DNA of 64,000 nt from Bugula neritina (Eukaryota; Animalia; Bryozoa), in NCBI GenBank assembly GCA_964035545.1, contig OZ037767.1:2801680-2865679 (forward strand). Direction: 5' to 3'. The position numbers and the translations under genes are program-made. Every line of letters starts with the position of its first letter. The stretch's first letter is position 1. This document shows, one piece after another, positions 1 through 12,100 of this stretch. A model generated the notes under the pieces. That model saw only the letters and a list, made by a program, of their open reading frames with translations, did not search any database and was not told the DNA's origin.

Positions 1-734
1 AGAAATGTGTTTTCATGTTAGTCTTACATTTGATAAACTATTTGAATAAGCTCCACCTTTCGAAGTTGGCATTAACACCGATTGAGTTTGGATTTCTAGT
101 CAAACATCTTAGAATCAAAAAGACATCTTGAATTTTGGTGAAAAATAAAAAAAACTACAATTATTTTTTTGAGAGTAAACATCGATTGATCTGGTCTACT
201 TAGTAAGTTTGACCTACTAAAATTTAATCCGTGATTAAGAGTGTACATGTGACTGTATCAGCATAACACAGATTTCCTAGAGAGGTGAACAGGTTCGTTC
301 AACTATTGTGCTGAAGAAAACATCAATAAATGCAGCTGAGGGATTTGGTTAAATACTTCAAAGAATTTCTCATGTAACATTTTACTTAACAATTTATCTG
401 AACAAGAAACAACTGAAGAAAGTTGAAAAAACTGCTTTATAAACGAGATAGAATATTATATATAAAAAGTATATTTGAATACGAAAACAATCCAGTTTTA
501 CAGTTTTTGGCTCATTGTTGTACACCATTTGCACTTCATATTTCAGTAATACAATTACCTACCTCTTTCTATCTATATCAGTAACACATCACTAAAGATA
601 TATTTCTAAAAGTTAAAGCCCAAAGGGAAGTACAGCATACAACACAATATCACAACAAATACAGGTTCAGTTCAAATACATGGCTTTGGAAGTGAAAACA
701 CAATGTAAAACCTCCACTGTCCAGGTAAACTCAC

Positions 735-840
735 CTGGTGATAAAGAAATACACAGGTGAACAGATTGCAGAGTGTTAGACTTGTTTGAGGTGAACCACA
801 GCCGAGTATAACCACAGCAGCTTTGCTAATCAATTTCTAC
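735..840 (-). other. Possible non-coding (5'UTR) exon of a minus-strand transcript running off the left edge
   Basis: Bounded on the minus strand by ttctccag| and CAG|gtgagt. Stops occur early in all three frames. A second minus-strand donor (CATGACT|gtgagt) lies near 2592. Confidence 0.3.
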
Positions 841-2739
841 CTGGAGAAAATTAATTCACGTGAAACACAAATCAATAAATATTTGAGTGAGCAGCAAATC
901 GTAGTGAAACAGTTAGCAGTAGTCAGCAGATTAAATAAATTACTTTATTGTTAGATGACAGCATAGCCTGCTGCAGTAATTAGAATAGCAATGTCAACCT
1001 CAAGATCAATACTCTGGGTGAGAGATTGCTTTAACTTCTACTTTATTTATACTCTGAGAAGCTATAAGCTACAACCTTTTTGATTGGACAAGTGGCACTA
1101 GATGGATTATTATATTATTTCTATTAACAAGTTAGTAGTTTTTAGGACAGAACAAAGGAAGTTCGAGAGAACGAGAGAGGATCATTACAAGGGGGGGGGG
1201 GGGGTGTCTTTTCACTGAAGCAAGCTTCAAGAGTCAAAGTCAAATCACGCACACTCATGCACACACACATATATAATTTCTAAGAAAATCTTTCAACTCC
1301 TAGTTTAAATATAGCGACCACGATTTATTTCAATTATACTTTTAAATGGACATCTCACTAAGACACTGCAGTTTTGAGCAGCGGAAATCATACACTTCCG
1401 TATTGGTATCATGAAATTACTTTAAAAGTTTAGAAAACTCTTTATCCAAGGCTTTTACAATGGTTATAAAATTGATTTTCATACTCAGCCGAGGGGCCAG
1501 CTGTTTTAAGAGCTTAAATTACATTGACTTAACTTAAACCTATTTATATATATCTTTTCAGAAAAGCATGGATAAGCAGTAGGCAAAAGTTGAAAACTTA
1601 ACAGTAATATTAGTAGAAACCTAGTTCAGCTTTAAATAACTTTGACAGCTATATAAGTATACAGATATATGCTAAATTATAATTATTGGATTTATATAAA
1701 GCACACATTTAATGATATTTGCTGACAACTACAATATACAACCTCCTATGCTAATGATAAAGCACAGAGAGATGACAATTATAAATACATTAATTGGCTA
1801 ATATCTATTAGGGCTAATTACAGACACTCTTTGTTTAGTCATTTATAAGTTTAAACTAAAACAACCCACGGACAGCAATGTTATGCAGTACTCAGCATTA
1901 GTACTTTCAAGCAAAGAGATATGTTTGCAAAAATTACTCTCCTCTTAATAGCTTTGTGTAACAGATTTTAATGCTAAATGCCAACAGAAAAACTAGAAAA
2001 CAGATATAAACCTGCTTGATTTTATAAGACTGTGAAAGAGAAATTTTTAAGCAGAGTGACTATATTACAAGCTTCATATCAAACTAAGAGTGTTGGAGTA
2101 ACTGCATACAAGAGTCAAGTTACTATTAGTATCAATATAAGTATATCTATTCAATTTGATTCAAATAATGAGTGCAAGCGTGAAAATCTAGCTCATCAAT
2201 TCACAGAAATGCAGTATAAATACAGATCTAAAGAACTAAAAGGGTATGAATATAAGGTAATTATATCTCTATTCATACAGATTGTCAATGTGTTGCATTC
2301 TATAGCCTACTGATCATCTGAAAATTTTACACTTTGTCTGTCTACACCTAGTAGCTAAAACTCATACAAAGTTAGTGACAGTAACAATGCATATGTTTTT
2401 AAGCAGCAGCGAATGTAGTAATATTTAGTAGTAGATATTTATTGAGATGCTTTAGCGTGAATGAACTACCAACATGCGAATGACTGGATGTGACTGAGAC
2501 TACTCCTTTACGACTCTCAACCTCAGGCTGAGTCATCGGATAAGAATTAGGCAAGACATTGACATCAGTTATTAATGATAGCCACACTCACAGTCATGGG
2601 TTGACAAACTTAAAGACAATTAGATGCCGGAAAATCTTATATTCATAGTATCGCTTAACCGATAATTAACAAAATAATTGAATTATCAATATGACTACAC
2701 TTTCGAGAAGAAATTTATGAAATAATAATAATATTTATA

Positions 2740-3310
2740 TATTTATATAACTAAAAGTATAAGTATAACTACAAGTATAAGTATGACATATAAATATCAG
2801 TATGGGTATGTCTATTTCTACTACTACTATTAGTATTGATATTGCTATTACTATAACTATAAGAGTATAACAATTAGTATAACCATAACTATAATTATAA
2901 CTATATAAGTATAACTGTATAGGATTAGGTATTATTGTTATAAGTACTGCTATTAGTACTAATATTACTATTAGACTTAGTATTACTATTAGTATTATAA
3001 TTAGTAACTATTGCTATCGGTATCAGTATTACAGTATTACTATTACTTATTAATATTAGTAATACTAATAGTAATAGTAATACTAATAGTATTACTAATA
3101 CTAATAGTAATAGTAATACTAATACTAATAGTAATAGACTTAGAGCATTATCAACATACTGACAGTGACACTGAAAGTGAACTTAATTTCATTGTCATAC
3201 TCTCACTCAACGTAATAGTGATACATTAATTGATTTAATGATATTGATAATCATCGTGATTATGATTATCATATTCATTATCATTATGATTATGATTTTG
3301 ATTATGATTA
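2740..3310. repeat. Low-complexity AT-rich simple repeats (TAA/TAG/TAC and ATGATT-type)
   Basis: Runs such as taatagtaatagtaatac and atgattatgatt. They explain the spurious ILIV-rich ORF 3011-3229. Confidence 0.8.
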
Positions 3311-4232
3311 TAAAATTAAATGTATAAACTAGTTTAGCTACTATTAGTATTATCAACATCACAAGCAATAGTAATTAGTTATAGTAATTATGAAAACTAA
3401 TCACAAATGATGAATAATTTCAATGATATTATTTACTAATTGATTATAATTAAATTTAATATATAAATATTAATTTGTTACCCAAACGTTTTGTTTAGCA
3501 TTTACGGCACCCCAATTTTTTCCTGTCTAATAGAGAATTTGATTGGCTACTTTTCAAATAACCTTGAAACAAGTGTTATGTCATGAGAAGACTCGTTGAA
3601 ACTAACCCAAATTCTTTTCATTAAAATCTTTAGGAGACAAACTACAAAAGTTGGCTACCAGACGATGGAGTCCAAAGCTACATTTGTTTTTCAACTTTTT
3701 AAATTTTTTATGAAATTATACTTATTCTAATTACTATTAATATTAGTTTCCTATTAAGTATTACTATTAGTTTTAGTGAAAGAAGTCATGTCTTTATTAT
3801 TTTGCAATTAAAATAAAACTAAGATACGTTTTTGTATTGTCGATAAAAATGATCAGTCATACTCATAACATTGACACAACTCGAACTACTATTTTTAATA
3901 TAAAACTAAATATTATCGTATTCATTATGATTATGATTAATATTATTAATATTATGATAGAATTAATTTTTTATAGATATTATTAGTTTTTATTTTGATA
4001 ATTTTCTTGTGTCAATGTCGAACTTTTAAATCGCTTCTATTTTAATTGAAAAACAATTGACTTTGTTATTGTAGGTATATTAATATAGTTGATGAAGGTT
4101 GTGTTAAAATACAAAGTTGTAGGCATTAATAATTAAACCAATATTATTATTATTAATAATGCTAATTTTATTAATAATTAATTTTATAGATGCAAGTAAA
4201 GAAACACGAGCTTTTCATGTGAGCTATGTAAG

Positions 4233-7200
4233 ATGAATAGATGGCTGCTTTATCGAAAACTTTTAATGTGCAGCGTTGCCATAAACGTGTTTCTAATATT
4301 TCTACTAACAAAACAGCAATGGCCGACTAGCTTGCCAAATGAACACCTTCATTCACTGGTAGACGATGTTGTAAGTGTTGACTTTAATTGTCATAAGTTA
4401 GTCAACTCAAAGTCTGTACAAGCAATATTTTTCCTCAAGACTCATAAAACTGCTGGCAGCTCGATACAAAACATTATACTAAGAAAAGCGTTGCTTGAAG
4501 ATCTTTCTGTTGGTTTGACTCGGCAAGAGGCTGACTGGGTACGACTATGTCCTAATACACCCTTCTCTCGCCAATGTCTGTGTAATGCTAAAGAGTTACC
4601 TGTTAATGTGCTCGCTCATCACATGCTGTTTAATAAAAGTGAGGTCAAAGCTAGTGTAAAATCAGGTAAAGGGTACATTATTTTCTTTTTTTATTTTTGT
4701 AATAATAAAACTCTTGCTATAATGTTATAAACCAGTCAGTAATTTTTTTAATTCATTTCATAGCGAAAAAAAACTCTATTTAGTTGCTGCCTTTGGCACG
4801 AAATCCTGTAGAATCTGACCAATTTTGTTTGTGATGAGTTTTCCTGCTACTGTTGCAGATGCTCAATATGTGTCTATTCTCAGAGACCCAGCTACGCTTC
4901 TCTACTCTGCATATACATACTTCAGGTGGCAAGAGAGGTTCAACTATTCTTCTTTTGAGGATTTTGTTATCAGAACCAAAAAAACTAAACAAATTGATCC
5001 CCTCATAGTCTCTTTTAGGTAAGATTACTGTTATCTGTTGAGAGTAAAAGACGTGTGTTTCATGATGCAGTAGTAATGGTTTCAATTTTAGTTATAACTG
5101 CAACTATATTTAACCATCAAAGATAGACCAGTCAGTGGAAGTGTTTGGTTAGCATGACAAGCTTGAGGTTTAACTTCTACAAGAGTTATTGATGGCATTA
5201 AGTACTTCTGTATTACTTTAAAGCTGTTAGACTTTGTTATTACAAATATACCTTTTTTTTGAAGAAAAGGCCTTCATACCAAATTTTTTACTGGAGTTGA
5301 AACTCTAAGCTGATGTGAGCTTATGTCAATCACCATACTACAAGTTTTTGAACTTTTACCTTATTGCTGTTACCCAGGAATCTCATGATGTTTGACTTTG
5401 GGCTGCATCCAAAAAACTATGAAGATGACGCAATGGTAGATTCAAAAATAGCTGAAATTGAATCAACATTTGATCTCATAATGATTAAGGATGGTGAATA
5501 CTTCAAGCAGTCTCTTATTTTGCTCAAGAATCTGATGCACTGGACAGTAGTAGATGTAGCTGTTGTAGCAATAAACAAAATGGTAATGCATTGTTGCTAG
5601 CAGTTAACAATAACCTCAAATAAATTGAGTGCAATTTTGAAGGCCTAGCAACTATGAGGTTTACTAATACATATGTACCAACATTTTTTTATATTAAAAG
5701 CATTATAGATGAGTTCCAAATGATGGAATACATTATTGATTAGCCGTTGTGTTGATTCATGAAAAATTTCAAATTGGTTTTGTCTATCGGTTATTCTGTA
5801 TACATATCATTTAGTGCATCTGAGTCAGCTGTGGCTTCTGTCTAATGATGTAATTCATGTTTTCTTAGCCTTCTTCACATACACAAGTGTTACTTATACA
5901 TCATATAATACTTGTACCTCAATACCTAATACTATTACCTAATATAATACTAATATATAATATAATACTTACACCTGATTACTTGTAGATGTCTTCTGCA
6001 CCCAAACCAGTGTTTAGTAAATCTCTGACTCATCACCTCCTCGAAGCCAATCGGGCAGACTATAAGCTATATCGCAAGTTTCTCACAGTGAGTCCAATTC
6101 AGTGATTTACTATGACTTACTTTTGACTTACTCTTGACTTATTGATGTATCACACTGGATTTTAACTATTCTCTCTCTAAATGGCTGAAGGAGTAACTGT
6201 ATAGTTTTGTTAGCTTACTTAAAAGTATTCTCAGTTTGTATTTATTTTAGTGAAAAAACTTTGTTAAGGTGGCACTTCACTCTGACATCCTTTTAGCTTC
6301 CAAAAGTTGAGTCTATTTAAAGATTCAATCTTTTACTACTGATTTGTGAAATATGCAAATGTTGATGTGTTTCAGAATTTTAAAGAAAAAGTGAAGAAAT
6401 TTGGAGCAGAAAAAATGAAGAAAGAGCTGGAAGAGCTGAATTACACAACAAATAAGTTGGCAAATTTCTGCATTGCTGGTAAAAATTCGCTACAATACTC
6501 TATGTTTGCTAAAACTCATCTGACAAATGAAATGAACTGATTTTAATATAACAAAATAATTAAATTGTTGGAATTTTATTTGGATGTGTTGTTAGGCATT
6601 AGGATTAGGCATCTGTGTGGTTATAAACCATGTTGAATTACTTTTCTTATTATAACTGCTTGCATATTTATAATTAGTTTAAAGTCTATAATTGCAGGGA
6701 AGATTTACTGAATATTTTCACAAAATTTAGGGAGTTGCGTCCTTTTGAGATTTGACTTGGTAACTTTTCAATTGATCAGTTAAAAGAAGTGCTATTATAA
6801 ACTTGATAAAGCATATAGCAATGCTGGTTACAACTCATAAACTTTGTATTAAATATATATATATTTACACTCTTAGAATATAATATATAAATAACTAACT
6901 GAAATATAATACATAAATATATTAATCTGTTCATCTTTCTTTCTGAACCTGTAAACATATACGTCTGCTTGTATATGTCGTCTGCAGGTACTAAGCGGGG
7001 CTCACGTAACACTACAGTGTATATACTGAGTAAAGCAGGAGAAAACAACTGCTACTGCAGGTATGGATGATGTCACTGTTTTCTAAACATTTGGTTTTTA
7101 TTTTGACATTTAAAATTATCAATCGTTTGCCCACCATTTCTATAATTGTCTTTCTGCTGGTAATTTTAGATGTGTAAAGGTTACGTATATTCTATGGTAT

Positions 7201-7880
7201 GTAAAAGTTCACAAATATAGATTTATGTGTAGCCTAGGAGACATTGATTTTGTTCACTCTTCATGGGCTATGGTTAAATGTGCTTAGAGTTGGTTTACAA
7301 AGATCAATCATGCTTTTTCTTTCGCACAAAATTTTTCTCTTGCTCTCAAATTTTAATCAACTGAATTTACTAATAATTAACTTATGATTTACTATTGACT
7401 TATCCACCACCTACTCACCACTTACCCACCACTTACTCATGAATTTCTAGTATCTCTTGCTAAGTTTTAGCTTTCTTCTTTCTCTAAATAATCAAAGAAA
7501 TGTTGTATTTTAGGTTGGAGTCTAAGTTTTTAATGTGTTGATATCAATTTTATCTTTTTTTTGAAACATGGTGCTTGTATCAACACCCACACTGCTCACA
7601 CTGCTCACCAGATGTGTATGGTTTTAGGTAACTCACTGACTTATTTTATAAACCCCACAGCATCAACTGCACCCTAATCAATCTAGTCACACAGTTTTGA
7701 TAGATTTACCTGCTCTGCTGCAGATATCTGGTCGCCTCGGAGAAAGATTTGACCCGGCAGCTGAGGCAGCGGTACAACAAGAAGCGAAAGAAAGAAGTTT
7801 GCAGGATTCGGTGCGTAGAATGTTATATGATGACTAGGTTTGCTAACAGAAATATAACTGTTTATTTATTTACTTGCTAA
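4233..7880 (+). CDS. Galactose-3-O-sulfotransferase (GAL3ST family), type II membrane protein, 7 coding exons
   Basis: Exons approx. 4233-4665, 4859-5018, 5378-5582, 5989-6087, 6376-6478, 6988-7060, 7724-7880, all GT-AG with compatible phases. N-terminal TM segment, 5'-PAPS-binding motif FLKTHKTAGSSIQNI, 3'-PB motif SILRDP, and RNLMMFDFG and ANRADYKLY, typical of Gal3ST. The last exon could instead splice near 7809 to a short exon at about 8429-8441. Confidence 0.9.
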
Positions 7881-7993
7881 AATATTGAAGCATCGTGTTA
7901 AAATTATTTGAAATATTGGCTGAAAATGCTTTTAGTATTCTTCTTCGCCATAAGACTACCTCAAAGACTATATTTTATCAATATTATTGATTT

Positions 7994-8178
7994 GAGTGGT
8001 CTAGGGGTTAGTACACTGGCCCAGTAAGTGCTAGGCCATAGGTTTGAGTCTTGGTAGGACCATTATTATTGCCGGAAAGAGGGTCTAATCATAATTATTG
8101 CTCCTGTGTCACAGTAAACAAGTCTCCACCCCTGTGGGAACCCCTACCATCAGGGGTTCTCATAGGGGTGGAGACTTG
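7994..8178 (+). mobile_element. tRNA-derived SINE-like element ending in an inverted-repeat hairpin
   Basis: A-box-like TGGTCTAGGGG (7997-8007) and B-box-like GGTTTGAGTC (8041-8050). The tail motif ctgtgagaacccct recurs near 19135 and 62613. Inverted repeat arms at 8119-8145 and 8152-8178. Confidence 0.55.
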
Positions 8179-9128
8179 AAACATGAGTTGCAGCTGTTTA
8201 GTTGGGTAATGATCATTGGAGCAGGAAAATTATGCAGAGCTGTGATTAGAAATCATTAGAACCAATTATACTGAAACTAGACGTTATGTTATTTGCAATT
8301 GGCAGAGTTTTTTGCCTTTCGATTTGTTGGGATTTTTTAAAGTTCAACTACAATTTGCGTAAAATTGTCTTCTCAACATATGTTTGCTCACAAAAATAAA
8401 ATTCAACATGTGTAATATATTCATTGTAGCGGTTACCTGTGAAATCAAATGAAGAAAGCTGAAAGTAGATGGCCCTTGAGTTATTCTATATGAGCAGTTT
8501 GAATTGTGTGCGCTATATAAGTTAACTCAATTTTTACATTGTTTTACCTAGTCATTTGTTTTTGCTTTATTTGACTGCATGCAATTTTAGTATGTGTTTT
8601 TTATTCATTTAGGCTTGAACTCTGTGATGTTTTCTCATTTTTCTACAAACCTACATTTTTTAATAAATGGCTGCATGCAATTTTATATATTTGTTATTTG
8701 TTTATGTTTGGAGAATTTTCTAATTTTTATAAATATACTACTGTTGATTCAGAAAACATGTTTTGATTGTACTACCTTCCTACTTATTATATTCTATAAA
8801 CCTGAACTGTAAATCTACCAACCTGTGGTAGCTGCTAATATATAAATTACAATATTAGAGATTAAAAGCCACACAGTTTCATTTCAGAGTTGTATTCTCA
8901 TGCACTGGTATAATGAAAGTATTGTGGATATGAAAGTGTGCATTGGTAATACCGTTCTATTAAACAAAAGTGACCAATCACCGAGCAATTTCTTGGTGGG
9001 GAAATTTCTTCACTCACGTTGGTGATTTCCCAAATTTTCTTTCAGTACTAGTACTAGTTTACGTATTTTATAAATAGTTTGCTCTTTTTGGCGCATTTAT
9101 AAGTCTATGCAGTCAATATTTTTCTACA

Positions 9129-12100
9129 ATGGGAGTTCCAGCATTTTTTCGCTGGCTGAGCAGAAAGTATCCCTCTATTGTCGTTCATTCAGTTGAAGAG
9201 AAGGTATGATCATATTCATATTGATATTCATCATTTCATGATAACTTATAAGTATAACGTCATCATCATGGAATTGTCATTCATATTCATATTAAATCAC
9301 TAGAACTTGAAGTTTAACTTTTATTGGTTTGATATGTTGTGCTAAATAAGACATATACTTATAGTTGATACTAATAGTAATTCTTATTCACTTTTACTTT
9401 TAGTATTGAGTATTCACTGTCATTTAAAATGAATTAAGTTCGATCAGTATCAGTTATAGCATTTTACTTTTTAATTTTAAAACAAAGAACTAGTTGAGGT
9501 CATATTATTTCGTTCACTTTCAGGAACTGTCAACTATACATTGCAATTTTGTTAGTTTCACTATCAGCATGATCAATTCACTTCTTAGACTGAGACTCAT
9601 TCATATAATTACATTATTATTGAACTAAAAAATGTGTAAGCTGAAACTGAAAAATTGAAATATGCACTCTCTTTTTATATTTATAGTAAATGCAATTATC
9701 ATTATGATAATTATATAATAACGGTAGGGCCTATATTTATAAATTTAGTAATGGTGGATTACTATTTGTTGGCATTTGTTATTATTAGATAACTTTTTTC
9801 AATGTCTTGAGATGAATTTCTGTTGCAATCTAAAAAAAGTTGCCATTGATGACTAAAATGCATTTATAGTTTTTTTAATCATCTTCATACTGGTTTTGTG
9901 TGACTTACATATGCTGTTGCGTGAAGTAATATGGTGCAATGGTGCATGTAGGCTGAGGTTGATGTGAATGGAAAACGAATACAACCTGACTGCACGAAGC
10001 CAAATCCTAATGATGTAGAGTTTGACAACCTCTATCTTGACATGAACGGAATTATCCACCCCTGTTGCCACCCTGAGGACAAGTAAGTTAATCAATTTAA
10101 CTTAACCATTGTTGAGAAGAATTCACCGTGGAAGTTAAATTTTTGTGTGAAGCACATCATGCTCCTGTACCTCAATCAGAAATGAGAGAATCTGCATAGA
10201 ACTTTGTATCAATTATATACTCTTTGTGTGACATACAGTATAGCACATTTGTGATAACTATATACTCTTTGTGTGATGAATTCATTTATTAGTAGAGTAT
10301 ATCCAATTTGCTTTGATAGATGATATAAACCAATAAATATTACGTAAAAAGTCTTTCCTGTTTTTAGGCCAGCTCCTAAGAACGAAGATGAAATGATGGT
10401 AGCTATTTTTGAATACATTGACAGAATATTTGCGATATGCCGACCTCGAAAGTTACTCTACATGGCCATTGACGGAGTGGTGAGTCCTTTTGTTGTTGCT
10501 GTGATTGAATTATTACCAGTAAAACTGCACATTTATACTTTCAGCCCGCGTGTAGATTTCATACTATGTCGCTGCACTTTTAGGCACCTAGGGCTAAAAT
10601 GAATCAGCAAAGATCTCGACGTTTCCGTGCTTCCAAAGAATCTGCGTAAGTGTCACCTTTAATATGATATATTATACATGATATAATACAGTGTAATACA
10701 CTGTGTATAATATTTTGAAAGTGGTATGGTTTTAGCAAATCGCTATTTACTTGCTATGGTTATTGTAGAATTTTCATGTGTGCTAGTTTTCCTGGCATAC
10801 TTGAGTAAATTAATAAACATTGATTTCTTTAACTCAAAAGGATGAAAATAGAGGAGCTCTCCAAGATTAGATCTCAACTGGAAACCAACGGTTGCACTTT
10901 GCCTCCTGAAAAACCTAAAGGGGAGCATTTTGATAGTAACTGTATAACTCCAGTAAGTTAATTGTATAACTAATAGTAAGTTAACTGTCTAACTCCAGTA
11001 AGTTAACTCTAGTATGTACTCTAATAGTAAGTTTATAGACTCTAGAGTCTAGTATGTCATCTAATGAGCTGCACACATGAAGTCGTATAGACATCTATGT
11101 ATTTCCTGTTTCTGCAGGGAACTCCCTTCATGTTCCGACTGGCCGATTGTCTCAGGTACTATATCCACGAGAGACTGAACACTGACCCCGCGTGGCGTAA
11201 TCTCAAGGTCATTCTGTCCGACGCCAACATGCCTGGCGAGGGAGAGCACAAGATTATGGATTACATCAGGAAACAAAGGGGTGAGGCTCTGGTGCTATAC
11301 TCTACTAGTACATGTGCTATACTCTACTAGTACATGTGCTATACTCTACCAGTACATGTGCTATACTCTACTAGTACATGTGCTATGCTCTACTAGTACA
11401 TGTGCTATGCTCTACTAGTACATGTGCTATACTCTACTAGTACATGTGCTATACTCTACTAGTACATGTGCTATACTCTACTAGTACATGTGCTATGCTC
11501 TACTAGTGCATGTGCTATACTCTACCAGTACATGTGCTATACTCTACTAGTACATGTGCTATACTCTACCAGTACATGTGCTCTACTCTACTAGTACATG
11601 TGCTATACTCTACTAGTACATGTGCTATACTCTACTAGTAGATGTGCTATACTCTACTAGTGCATGTGCTATACTCTACTAGTATATGTGCTATACTCTA
11701 CTAGTACATGTGCTATACTCTACTAGTACATGTGCTATACTCTACTAGTACTACACGTGCTATACTTTACTAGTACATGTGCTATACTCTACTAGTACAT
11801 GTGCTATACTCTACTAGTATATATGCTATACTCTACTAGTACATGTGCTATACTCTACTAGTACATGTGCTATACTCTACCAGTACATGTGCTATACTCT
11901 ACTAGTACATGTGCTATACTCTACTAGTACATGGGCTATACTCTACTAGTACATGTGCTATACTCTACTAGTACATGTGCTATACTCTACTAGTACATGT
12001 GCTATACTCTACCAGTACATGTGCTATACTCTACTAGTACATGTGCTATACTCTACTAGTAGATGTGCTATACTCTACTAGTGCATGTGCTATACTCTAC

